A stretch of 64,000 nt of DNA. Origin: Balanoglossus misakiensis (lineage: Eukaryota; Animalia; Hemichordata). The stretch's first letter is position 1. Each line of letters starts with the position of its first letter. The translations under genes were made by a program, and so were the position numbers. Where the stretch lies: assembly GCA_040954595.2 (NCBI GenBank), contig CM082590.2, positions 6,510,001-6,574,000 on the forward strand, given 5' to 3'. Below the pieces are notes generated by a model. The model worked only from the letters and a program-made list of their open reading frames with translations. It was not told where the DNA came from and did not search any database. Shown here piece after piece: positions 12,801 to 24,553 of this stretch.

Positions 12801-15650
12801 TAAAGATTGTTAATACTCCAAAATGTTTAATGCTGTTGTATTGCTAGGTCAATGCCCTACACTAGCCTTGCTGGTCTCAAGAAATGCGACTTTTTCCTGA
12901 TTCTCAGACTGGGACACCCTGTAGCAATAGAACCCGACGTATTTACATAATAGGGGGGGGAGTTGTCACGTGAGCAGGTTGCATGTATCCCGGCAACACC
13001 CGCGGCATTCTGGGGAGATTAGGACTTGCCGTTGAAGTGTGAGCATATCGCTCCTGGCTGTGGTGATCTGAATTCGTGCTTTACCCCTGTCTTTCTTCTA
13101 TTTTCGTTCAAATCTTTCCCCACGTTTGTGGGAACACTTTCTCTGTAACCTCTGAAAGGTAGAATGGTTGACTGTTTGTTCTTTTGAGGGTTTTCTTGGT
13201 CTTTGTGTGAGCGTAATGCTTGGGTCGCGCGGTCGGTCGCGAGGTCACCCGTCGAACACTGCGTTTACAAGCACGTCTCTTTACGCACGTTCTTCATTGC
13301 GCATGGCATATCGAACTTGTATAAACGGACTGGTCTGACCACAGGGAACTTAGTAATTTTGTTATTGTTGTTGTTGTTGTTGTTAAGATTGGTAATAAAA
13401 TTTAAAAAAAAATCAATGTGTCATTTCTTGATATGTTTGTCGATGTTGTAGATAACTGTAAAAAAAAACCAACCATAATCGTGGAAAACACGACCTAGGT
13501 CGCCGAATGTCACTACCGTCTTACATACAGGCAAGGGTGGAATCCACATGCCCTGGATCTAGGCTCATGGGCCACCTTCAAGGCCCTGAAAAATCACCCC
13601 ATTCACCAGCGAGCGATTAAATTATGCCACCATAGGCATTGAAATTTATCTCACTGACCTAATTTGGGCTTCACTTCATCTATCGACCTGCAAACGAGTG
13701 GAAAAACGGCGATTTCCAAGTAGTACCCAGTCAAATTCAATCACATTTGAATCACGCGCCCGATGGTGATGGCTCCATTTTCTCTGCCTATTTAAATTGA
13801 CCAATCGGGCGCCCTGTTTGTTTATTGCTCAACTCGTACGAGTACGTGTAACTGCGTTCAAAATAACGCGAAAAAAAGGAGGCGAAACCTTAAGAGTCAT
13901 ACAGATAAATGGATACTTCCCAACTCTTTGTCATAAAATCTACCATTTTACGTCTTGAATACAGTGCAGTCGATAGTCAGAACGTACACTTCCGGGTGTT
14001 GCTTTACAGGTCCCTCGGGTCACGCCCATGCCCGAGGCCTTACGGCCATCGCACCACGAAACGCCGAATCGGGCCTTAGGCCCACAAAAGATACGGGCCT
14101 TACGGCCCTCGCACGAAACGCCGAATCGATACACATTAGGCGCGAGGGACTGTCGACAGTCTATGTTACTATGGAACCGTTCATTGACAGTGACGTTCGT
14201 TCGCGTTTCCCCGCATAGTAAAACAAACGGAATGAATTGAATAATCGGCAGAGGGCGGTGCAGTGACGGGTGGCGGAATTAAGGCCGACGATTGTTTTAT
14301 GCGCATGTGCGTAATTTCGCGTGTACAAACATTACGTCCAATCCAAATGTTCTGCAAATTTTGCATTTGACGCATTCAAATAGTGGACTGCCTTCACTTC
14401 CTACCACATTTCATGCGCACCGTATAGGTGGACTTTAGTTTTGTTCATTCTTTTCACCCAATTTGCTGTCTCTTCCCGATCTCCGACACGGACTATTAGG
14501 CCTACGTCCAATCCAAATGCTCTGCAAATTTTTCGTTTGACGCATTCAAATAGTGGATTGCTTTCGCTTCCTTCTATATTTCATGCACACTGTATAACCT
14601 GTCACCTTTTCTCAGTATACACAGTAATAGAAAAAGAAGGAAAGTAAGGATCTTTTCCTTTCCTTGAATTGTACCGCGATGTAAATTATCGACCCCTCAA
14701 TTTAGAGGAAAAAAATGTTCTGTTTTGACTTTAGTATTTGGGTTAAATAAAGATTGTTAATACTCCAAAATGTTTAATGCTGCGGTGGGAATAGGTCAAT
14801 GTCCTACACTAGCCTTGCTGGTCTCAAGAAATGCAACTTTTTCCTGATTCTCAGACTGGGACACCCTGTAGCAATAGAACCCGACGTATTTACATAATGG
14901 GGGAAGTTGTCACGTGAGCAGGTTGCATGTATCCCGGCAACACCCGCGACATTCTGGGGAGATTAGGACTTGCCGTTGAAGTGTGAGCTTATCGCTCCTG
15001 GTTGTGGTGATCTGAATTCGTGTTTCATCCGTGTCTGTCTTCTATTTTCTTTCAAATCTTTCCCCACGTTTGTGGGAACACTTTCTCTGTAACCTCTGAA
15101 AGGCAGAATGGTTGACTGTTTGTTTTTTGTGAGGGTTTTCTTGGTCTTTGTGTGAGCGTAATGCTTGGGTCGCGCGGTCGGTCGGTCGCGAGGTCAGCGG
15201 TCGTACACTGTGTTTACAAGCACGTCTCTTTACGCACGTTCTTCCTTGCGCATGGCAAATCCATCCAGGACTCGTAACGGGAACTGGCACACGCCATCAA
15301 CTTGATAGGTGCTTGACTTTGGCAGTTTTCCGTCACCGTTGAGTTGGCTTTCCGTTCCAAGCTTCGTCTTTTACTTAGGCTCGGTCATTTTTCGGCCCCA
15401 GTTCGATATAATTTCAGTTAGACAGTGATTTGCGTTTCTTGTTCAGTCCACGTTTTACAGCTGTGTGACTTCCATTGTTCTAAGACAATGTAGCAAGTGT
15501 TGCATAGGGTTATCGATTTTTTATAGCTCTGTTCTGGTGTAGCGTAGCTTGTACAGGGTAAGCCTAATTCACGATTCACGTCACGGGAACTGGCTCACGC
15601 CATCAACTTGATCAATGCTTGACCTTGCCATTTTTTCGTCACTGTTGAAA
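6860..15650. repeat. Mosaic array of ~1.1-1.9-kb related direct-repeat units (about 5, rearranged), non-coding, unclassified
   Basis: The block TAGGTCAATGCCCTACACTAGCCTTG recurs near 7125, 10319, 11437, 12845 and 14792. CCAGGACTCGTAACGGGAACTGG recurs near 9400, 10806, 11907 and 15265. Confidence 0.85.
7317..9112. mobile_element. 1.8-kb non-autonomous TIR DNA transposon inserted in a repeat unit
   Basis: 16-bp TIR CAGTCAGATCGCACGG / CCGTGCGATCTGACTG flanked by a TTG duplication. The empty site TTGCCGTTGAAGTG is seen in sister units (e.g. ~10503, ~13027). Confidence 0.85.
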
Positions 15651-16102
15651 TCAAATGAAATCAAATGTGTGGTAAATTAAATCACAAATTATACCTAAAC
15701 TGGAATTATTCTGTAGATACTTAGAGGTTATAAATGGATATAAGTCCTCTCAGGTGAAAATTAGCAATACTATAGGGGCCTGTGGATTTGACTTACTGAT
15801 TGTATTGATGGATTCGGTCAGTCTCTGAGCAGGCACTTGCTTCATTTGTGAAGTGATGTCATTCATGTCAAAGGTCAAAACGTCGTGTAAACGCATCAGC
15901 TTTCGATCTTCGAAGAGTTTTTCGTATTTTTCCAGCTTAGCTTCCAGGATAAAATCCCCAATTGATTGGAATTCGAACGCAACACAGGATTTTATGGTGT
16001 GGAAGATATCTATTGACGTCCTCCTAATTTCACTGCAAACAGAATATATACAGTAAAAAGCGACCATTGCACACTGACCATCGTGTGTAAACTGCTTTTT
16101 GA

Positions 16103-16436
16103 AGCCCCTACAGCTGCCAAATTTCACACTTTTTCCCCGCAGTAATATACTTCAAATATATTCCCTATCCTCTAAAATCCTCACCATTGAGCCATATTAC
16201 TTGCATTTGCATCAGTTTGTCATCTTTTGGCGACGCATACCACGATAGCTGCGTACTGTTTGTATGGAGGCTGATTAAATCGGTGCAGCACTGTTTTAAT
16301 ATAAGCGTGTTCATATTGCAACATGCAGTCACAATCGGGCGTCAATAAGGTGTTCATGTATAACTATCGGTAAGCCTATTTAGATGGACCAATTAAAGTT
16401 TGAAAATAATGCAAAAAGTGGCAGCTCTCAGAGGCT
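16103..16436. mobile_element. MITE with AGCC(C/T)CT..AGCTGCCA TIRs (Kolobok-like); a degenerate copy is at ~3676-3993 in gene B intron 1
   Basis: AGCCCCTACAGCTGCCA...TGGCAGCTCTCAGAGGCT-TTAA. Same family as 23451-23649 and 26615-26946. Confidence 0.65.
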
Positions 16437-16999
16437 TTAAAGCTGTTTATATGCGTAGTCGTCATGTCATGAAAAATCTGCTCGTGACCTAGTCACGTGA
16501 AGAAGCAAAAACGTTCAGTGTGATGACATCGCGATGAAATATGTGCAGTTGAACGTTTATATGCTCGATGCATAAACCACTGAGAACAGACTTTGCCAAT
16601 AGTTCTCATTTGAGAGCGCCCTCAATCAGACATCATATGTTCCCTTGTTACGTACATGTATAACGTTGTTCAGAGACAATTTATTAAAAGGTCAGTAACG
16701 TTATCGAGTGTTGTCTATGTATTTACTCGCCCATCACAGATATTATTTTGTCTACCAGTATAAGAACAAACATCAGCCCCTTTATCTTAACACGGCTAAT
16801 GTGAATGAGATTGATTGACTCACACGCTCGGATGTGGCTAGCCCGGTGGGCATAAATTGTGAACAAGTTGAAGACTGTGTGTCCGTAACCTCTCTCCCAC
16901 CCCCTCCCAGCCCTCGTGGGTCGTAGTTACTGGAAGTCAGCAAAATGTCCAATGACCTGCACTAAATTCAGCTGTTCGTGTGCAACGACCTGTCTGACG

Positions 17000-17579
17000 C
17001 ACAGGCGCGTGTATAGATGCTATTTCAGTTTTTTTTATGAATAAAATAGCTTAGACGATCCCCCGAATTTGCGTCAAACGAGCGCTCTCGCTATGTTCGG
17101 GCCTAGGCCTATACCCCACTGACACATAAAGAGATTAAAGGTAGGAAAGCTCTCGCTGGTCACATTTCTGAAATCGACGAAAGAAAGTGGTTGCTGGCAA
17201 TTCCAGAGTCTCACACTTCACAACAGCATGCACAATACTCACAAAAATCGATCGACGCCCTCCTTTAATCTAACTCGCCCAATCGACCCCTAAAAATGCG
17301 GAAAAAGTCGCTATCTCCCAGTCCACATAAACTCCTTGTCCACCTCCATTTTGAAAGGACGTTCACTTAGGTTCTGCCTGATAGGATGCGCACTTTATTT
17401 GGTCGATTTCAGAAATGTGACCAGCGAGAGCCTTCCTACCTTTAATTTCTGTATGTGTCAGTGGGGTATAGGCCTAGGCCCGAACATAGCGAGAGCGCTC
17501 GTTTGACGCAAATTCGGGGGATCGTCTAAGCTATTTTATTCATAAAAAAACTGAAATAGCATCTATACACGCGCCTGTG
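17000..17579. mobile_element. 580-bp MITE with ~180-bp TIRs and 8-bp TSD
   Basis: CACAGGCGCGTGTATAGATGC... / ...GCATCTATACACGCGCCTGTG. GTCTGACG is duplicated at 16992-16999 and 17580-17587 and is single-copy at the equivalent site in gene B. Confidence 0.95.
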
Positions 17580-17748
17580 GTCTGACGTTGAGCCGGACAT
17601 CCCAACTGGATTGGCTGAACTCATTCATATCGAAGGCGTCGATTAGTGCATTGTGGGCTTCTGGCCACTTTGTATTCTTTTTGGCGGTGGCTTGCTGCAG
17701 AGCTGTCGCCTGTGTGTTCACTTTCTCCGTTGCCTCGAGAGCCGCCAT

Positions 17749-18231
17749 TTTGTAGGACTGATATTGTTCACGCGTGTCTGGCAGTCTAGCTTCGGAGAAC
17801 TGACGTCACCTATTTATACTACTGGGTTTTTCCAGCAACTGTAGGTGGGCGGGCGTAAGATTACTCATTCTGCATATCAAAAGATATTCATGGTATATCA
17901 CCTAGACTATTTATAGACCGGGTATTTCCACCAAATGCGTGCAGTCATACCGATTACCCATTGTTTGTCACTTTAGATATTCATGTGTATTTGAATATTA
18001 GGGAAATCCCCCTATTAAGCTCTGGGGAGGTACATCACTAGACAAATCTTTACGGTGCAATGTCTCAAGAAGGTATAGAGAAAGTAACCGAGCATTAGAC
18101 ATCACTGCCGCACCCCCTGTACAAAGCGGCCTGTATAAGTGCATCACCAAGGTGCAGGGTAACATAAAACCATTTTGACTAGAAAAGCACCACCGTTTGT
18201 AGTTTGCCATCCCCCAAAACACAGATTCAAT
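17749..18231. promoter_or_regulatory. Duplicated bidirectional promoter between B' and A'
   Basis: GGGTTTTTCC at ~17824, GGGTATTTCC at ~17920, GGGAAATCCCC at 18001. TATAAATA on the minus strand at ~17811-17818. Confidence 0.55.
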
Positions 18232-21200
18232 ATGGCTATGAGCAAAAACGTGAACGAGTGCTTTTCATTCGTCACTGGCTATCTGAAACCCCTCGACGCT
18301 CAGCCGTTAAAAACATACATCGGTGGATTCGGCCAATTGCTGTCAGAAACCGGTCAGGCGTTGAAGAGCCTTGCTAGAACCAACAACGCCATCTACTCAA
18401 AATTAAAAGATGTCATATTTTATGTTCGGCAGGTACTGGTTGACATTTTGGACAAATGCAGGGAGTTAAGGTAAGGCAGCGAACAAACACATAAAAGAAA
18501 AAAATGAAAACAAAATGGTTAGGTGGGTCAGAGCATTTGTGAAAAAATATTCCCCCCCCCAGTGTCATACAAACTTTTCAGGTTCTTTCAGAGTCCCCTA
18601 AGCACAGTCAGAACTTTTCAAGTCCCTCCCAGTACACAAGCAGCACGTGGTGGAATTTTTATGCATTGATTTAATATTTATAAATTGAAATTGCATAACT
18701 CATATTTTTTATATTATTTTTTGTGTTTTTATATTATTCAAATTCATTTTGGTCTTTGCATTAATCAATTTCTTGGTCCCCTTTCAGAAAAAAATGTTAA
18801 AAATTTCAGCTACTACTGTGGTGTTAACACATGACCTACCTTTAATATCCCTGACCCCTCCGTACCCATTTTTTGCAAAATGCCCAAAGAGCAATATAAT
18901 GAACATCAGTAATAATGTAATTTGTATGAATTGACATTGAAGATGTCATTTTCAATATCAAAATTGGTAAACCGATGCATTGTTTTTGACATAGAAATTT
19001 GCGTGGAATTATTTGCTATATTTTCTTATTTTACTTTTTATCCCTTTAATATTTAGGTCTTATCGAAACGTTGCTGTTGACGCATTCTGTTGCGTGAAGA
19101 GTGAATTTGAATTCAGCAATATGTCAATCGAGGACTTTTTGAAAGAAAACAAACTGGAAAAGTATGCGGATATATTCGATGAGGAAGGCATCATATACGC
19201 CAGGGAGCTTTTTGATGTTGATATAAATGGCTTTCAAAAGGACATGGAACCCATCCCTTTCAATCGACTCAAAGAAAAACTAAGAAAAGTTGGTAAGTGC
19301 TAATCATTCATTAAGTCAAATAAAACAATATGTGCTGTTCCGATTACATCTTTGCCCGGATATTTTTCTAAGGCATTTCCCCAGACCCTCTTTCTGGAAT
19401 GCCTAATGGAAGAAGCAGAGGGCTCTGGGTAACCGAGACTAGTGGTGTTTGTCACCGAGGCAGGGTACCAGCCAACCATTCTCCGCACAGAGATGGTAGC
19501 TAACCCACCTGGTCACCGAGGCAGGGTACCAGCCAACCATTCTCCGCACAGAGATGGTAGCTAACCTACCTGGTCACCGAGGCAGGGTACCAGCCAACCA
19601 TTCTCCGCACAGAGATTGTAGCTAACCCACCTGGTCACCGAGGCAGGGTATCAGCCAACCATTCTCCGCACAGAGATGGTAGCTAACCTACCTGGTCACC
19701 GAGGCAGGGTACCAGCCAACCATTCTCCGTACAGAGATTGTAGCTAACCCACCTGGTCACCGAGGCAGGGTACCAGCCAACCATTCTCCGTACAGAGATT
19801 GTAGCTAACCCACCTGGTCACCGAGGCAGGGTAACAACCAACCATTCTCCGTACAGAGATTGTAGCTAACCCACCTGGTCACCGAGGCAGGGTACCAGCC
19901 AACCATTCTCCGTACAGAGATTGTAGCTAACCCACCTGGTCACCGAGGCAGGGTACCAGCCAACCATTCTCCGTACAGAGATTGTAGCTAACCCACCTGG
20001 TCACCGAGGCAGGGTACCAGCCAACCATTCTCCGTACAGAGATTGTAGCTAACCCACCTGGTCACCGAGGCAGGGTACCAGCCAACCATTCTCCGTACAG
20101 AGATTGTAGCTAACCTACCTGGTCACCGAGGCAGGGTACCAGCCAACCATTCTCCATACATATATTGTATCTAACCTGCATGGCTAGGAGGACTGGCTGC
20201 CAGTCAGACCCTCTAGCTAGGTTAGAATTACCCGAGCTACAAATTTGGTGCATTATTATTTGAGATTCCAATCTTATTATTTTGCATATGTGTTTATATT
20301 CACATAATTATGTTTTCGCTGTAGTTTTTGTGTTGCTGATAATCTGGGTAATATTTTTATTTTAAATCAGAAAGCGTCAGAACATTTCTGAGAGAGGAAA
20401 TGGAATCCAAGATGGAGAGAGCAAGCGACAAATGTAACAAAACGTCCAAGAGTGTAAACGATAAGTTGACAAAAGCACTGGATAACCTCGCCTCAGTCGC
20501 CAAAGATTTGATGAAATCCGTAGACAATGAGACGTTTAAAGCTACGATCTGGATGTGCGTGTGGTGGGCGTTGGCATTGGTCATAGCATTAATTGCAATT
20601 TTAGCGAGCGGTGGACTAGCAGTGGTAGGAGTTGGTGCAGTTGCCCTCGGTGCAGTGGGAGGTGCGATTAAAGTCTACGGTATGATAAACTTATTTTATA
20701 TTTACGCTGAATCTAGAAAAAAAATGTTGCTTACATAATACAATATACTTGTTCGTTTGTTGATAAATTACCCATGATTTTACACACGTGCTATTGGTGA
20801 AAAGAAATTATTAGGGGTTATTACCAGTCTGGTCCCCTGCCCCATTCTCATCGCTGGCTGCGCTACGCTGAAGGGAAAGGGGTCAGGTACGGGCCGTTAT
20901 CTTGGCCTAAAACCTGGCCAGCATATTATAATGAACCAAAGACCACGTGATCATAAACAAGATGGATGCCTCCAATGTCTGTACACCAATGAGAGCCATG
21001 TTTACAAAAGCCCATGCCTGACCCTTTCCCTTTAGCGTAGTGCAACCAGTGGTGGGAATGGGGCAGGGGACCAGACTGGGATTATTACATGAAGGTTGAC
21101 CGATATCGCGTTCTATTTGAGTGATGCGGCCATATTTTGACGAGTTGCGGCAGCCACCATTCAAACTTTGTTCACATCGCTTACTGCAGCCATGTTTACG

Positions 21201-21645
21201 GGATTCTACAGCTGGATGCGTAGACTTCCATTCATTCCCACTTCATGGCTGCAATTTTGTGTCAGAATTTCAATTAGTGTGAACTATTTTTTATCGTTCA
21301 CCGCATATAACAAATGTGGAGCCAATTTGATAGGAGACTTGCTCCATTTCATGTCTTTTCATTTGAATAACAGATTTGGCACAACTACAAACTCTGAAGG
21401 AAAATGTCGACAGACAAACGTCCACCGAGCAAGAAAACCTGCAGAAGACCTTCCTCGGTTGGAATATGTTAATTACCACGTTGAATCAACTGTTGAACCA
21501 GACGCGCGAAGCTGGTGCAAAAGTGACAAAGCTTCAATGCTACGATATGAAGTCTCATCTAGAAGAAACGGACAAGTTTCTGAAGACTTTCGATGAAGAA
21601 ATTACGAAATTTGAAGATGATATTGAAAAGGTGGTTAGGTCCTAA
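18232..21645 (+). CDS. Gene A': 351-aa helical protein with SAM-like domain and Gly/Ala-rich hydrophobic hairpin (putative pore-forming effector); exons 18232-18470, 19057-19292, 20371-20679, 21374-21645
   Basis: Canonical in-frame splice sites (AG|GTAAGG, TTTAG|G, G|GTAAGT, ATCAG|AA, G|GTATGA, AACAG|AT), giving 1056 nt. Hydrophobic stretch IWMCVWWALALVIALIAILASGGLAVVGVGAVALGAVGGAI, followed by a coiled-coil-like C-terminus. The product assignment is inference. Confidence 0.85.
19451..20160. repeat. 61-bp minisatellite (~11-12 copies), reverse complement of the array at 1-1142, in intron 2 of A'
   Basis: Unit GTCACCGAGGCAGGGTACCAGCCAACCATTCTCCGTACAGAGATTGTAGCTAACCCACCTG. Confidence 0.95.
20824..21079. 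mobile_element. Palindromic MITE in intron 3 of A'
   Basis: ~60-bp imperfect TIRs CCAGTCTGGTCCCCTGCCCCATTC... / ...GAATGGGGCAGGGGACCAGACTGG. Confidence 0.75.
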
Positions 21646-23310
21646 ATTCCAACTAAAACTATTACATCCACCGCTTCTAAGTATACAATACCACAATGAT
21701 TGGAAAAAAAATTATTCTGTGCTTTTGGAATATATTTGAATTACTTCAGCATGAAACCTTCATAAAAGAATCCGTCTGTTAAAAGGCATCTGATCTGCAG
21801 CATGTACCTGTTACAATGTACATCAATGAAAACAATATTTTCACAATTTCTGATCTTCACGCATCAAAAGTAGTAAAATAAAAGTAGCCGTGCCTGATTG
21901 ACCTGTTAGAAGATTATTAGCCAATTAAACATAGGCATTGTAATTTAACTTCAACAGTTGAAACAAAACGAAAGTCATGCAATTTCCCTTCTCACTTTTA
22001 AACAAATATTGTTTTCTCTGAAACTGCTTGTTGGATTGCTTTGAAATTTGGTGGGAATATTCCTAGGGGGAACTCAAGTTTTGTGTCTGATTGCTTTGGA
22101 ATTTGGAATACAAGTGCATAACACATACATATGCAACTTTTATCAAATTCTGGTATCAGAAATTTTCAATATTTAGCAAGTGTTTTTGTAAATGTCTTTG
22201 TTTTTGGTTAGCGAATTCTCCCAAACAAAATGTCCAATTTTAATACGCCAGCTGTTACAGAGACCACCAGCTATTCTTACTACCAGTGGTAGGTCAGTGA
22301 GCGTCTCTATTTGTCAGACAGATAGAGATGTCCCTGGGCTGATTGAAAGAAGGTGCTTGTAATATTTGTTTGTTAAGACAATTTTTCTAGCAATGCTTCT
22401 AAGATTGCCATGACACATGACACTATATGAGACCTGTTCCTATAGTTAATTTCTTTACATTTCCATATTTTTATGAAGGTTTAGTCATATGGGCCTGCTA
22501 GTTTGACCTGTGATTATTATTCTGGTGTATACCTATTTCCGTGTAATCCCCAAATGGGACCACAGTGTCCTTGACGCTATGTTTATATACAACGAACGCA
22601 AGAGAAAGTCATTTTCTTATGCTTTACTTCCAGTTACTGTCTACTTTCATGGGGGGGGGGGGACGAAAACAATTTTCGTTTCATGCAAATTCCTCTACAT
22701 AGACACAAGACCATACTGTAAGTAGACGTTAAGCGTTTTCTACTTGTGTAGTTCAATCAGTCATATAAACAGAATGAATGAAACTGAATGCTCCCTTGTT
22801 AATTGTGATAACATTTACATGTATTTGATAAAATTGTGTGTTTTTTATTTTTGATAAACTATAGATTTGCAATCGGTTTTACAAAGCAGGGCCCACCCAA
22901 TGTAATCAAATAAAATAAAAGTGTGAAAGTATCACTGTGTTAGCTGCTTTTTCACGTTTCTTTGTCGGGTTTGAAACTAGACCATTCGATTTTGACCCTG
23001 GAATGTCACAACGAGGACATAGAATCCCAGTTGAAGAAAGGGGCGATGAATGCCGTAGCTATTTCTTGACTCCACGTTCTCCCACCAGGAGAATATCCAG
23101 CTTATTTCAGCCCGTACCTTTAATATTTGAGTAAACCCGAAACCAAAATTGTATGAGTCATACAAATTCCCCTCTCGCCTTCTACATGTATATAGCCCAG
23201 AAGTCAAGCATTGTGTTCAGTAATACAACTGGAATGACTGAAACAGAAAGTTCTTTTCATATGCTTAAGTTCCAGTTAGGGAGAAAAAGACAGCTTCATT
23301 GAATAGACCC

Positions 23311-23344
23311 GAAACCGAAATTGTATGAGTCATACAAATTCCCC
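23311..23344. promoter_or_regulatory. Compact ISRE-like + AP-1 + kB-like module (other copies at 23139-23172 and 26322-26355)
   Basis: GAAACCGAAA-ttgta-TGAGTCA-ta-CAAATTCCCC. Motif match only. Confidence 0.4.
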
Positions 23345-23450
23345 TCTCGCCTTCTACATGTATATAGCCCAGAAGTCAAGCATCCTTGTACAGTCCAAAC
23401 AGTTATAGAACTGGAACGAAGGAAACAGAAAATTCTTTTCATGTGCTTAA

Positions 23451-23649
23451 AGCCTCTAGTGCTGCCACTGTTTGCAATGCATTATTTTCAAGATTTTATT
23501 TTCCAACTTAAAATTAGTCCATCTGAATAAGCTTACTGATAGGTATACATGAATACCTTATCGTTTCCCGATTGTGACTACATGTTGCAATTTGAAGATT
23601 GCGGGTGTATGTGGAAAAAAATATGTGAAATTTGGCAGCTATAGGGGCT
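23451..23649. mobile_element. Internally deleted Kolobok-like MITE
   Basis: TTAA-AGCCTCTAGTGCTGCCA...TGGCAGCTATAGGGGCT-TAA. Confidence 0.65.
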
Positions 23650-23973
23650 TAAGTCCCAGTAAATAAGATGGCAACCCAGATGTTGTGTATGGTAATCACA
23701 TTCCATATTCTAACATGTAGAATGTTGAGAAAATAGTGTAACAATGTTGTCATACAGCCGTGTATCCACTGAACAGTCCAACGTCTTTGTTCACGAAGGC
23801 CTTCGCTATTTCTATGGGTATCACGTGGTTGGGGGATTTCCCCATGACTAATACTTTTGAATACCAAGCATTACTTGACCCGTACCGGCTCTTTCAGGCC
23901 ACTTTGAGACATCTACTAAGAAATCGTCTTGTTTGAGATTGAAGGACCCCCGGCTACTCTGTCGTACTCATAA

Positions 23974-24553
23974 AGGGACAAAGTCTCACTCGCTGCCCCT
24001 TTTCCATCAATAATGTTTGATGCAAGACACGTTATGTTATTCTACAAGTGGATATATAGTGAATCAACCTTCAACCACAAACAACTTCCATCCCACTTGT
24101 AGACATGAGAGTGAAAAACTCGCCAAAATGAATAAACGGTACAAATTGATTATTCATTTGGCGAGATTTTCACTATTGTGTCTACAAGTTGAATGGAAGT
24201 TGTGTGTTGTCGAACGTTGATTCACTATATATCCACATGTAGAATAACATAAACGGTGTCTTGTATTAAACGTAATTAATAGAAAAAGGGGCAGCGAGAG
24301 AGAGACTTTGTCCTGGGAGGTGTGTGTGGTTGAACGTTGATTCACTATATATCCACATGTAGAATAACATAAACAGTGTCTTGTATCAAACATAATTAAT
24401 GGAAAAAGGGCAGCGAGAGAGAGACTTTATCCTGGGAGGTGTGTGTGGTCGAACGTTGATTCACTATATATCCACATGTAGAATAACATAAACGGTGTCT
24501 TGTATTAAACGTAATTAATGGAAAAAGGGCAGCGAGAGAGAGACTTTGTCTCT
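23974..24553. mobile_element. AGGGACAAAGTC-family MITE with its right end triplicated (~120-bp units)
   Basis: Homologous to 4580-4922. GCAGCGAGAGAGAGACTTT occurs three times, and the last copy ends ...GTCTCT-TTAA. Confidence 0.7.

Larger units (their letters stand above)
15797..17748 (-). pseudogene. Gene B' pseudogene: exon1 17748-16931 interrupted by a 580-bp MITE, exon2 16032-15797, exons 3-4 absent
   Basis: Near-identical to gene B exons 1-2. The MITE in exon 1 gives a premature stop. Homology to B ends at ~15655 in intron 2. Confidence 0.88.

Noticed and set aside
9016-15342. Short ORFs in the 6.9-15.6-kb repeat mosaic as a retroelement gene
   Set aside because: No RT, integrase, recombinase or transposase motifs were seen.
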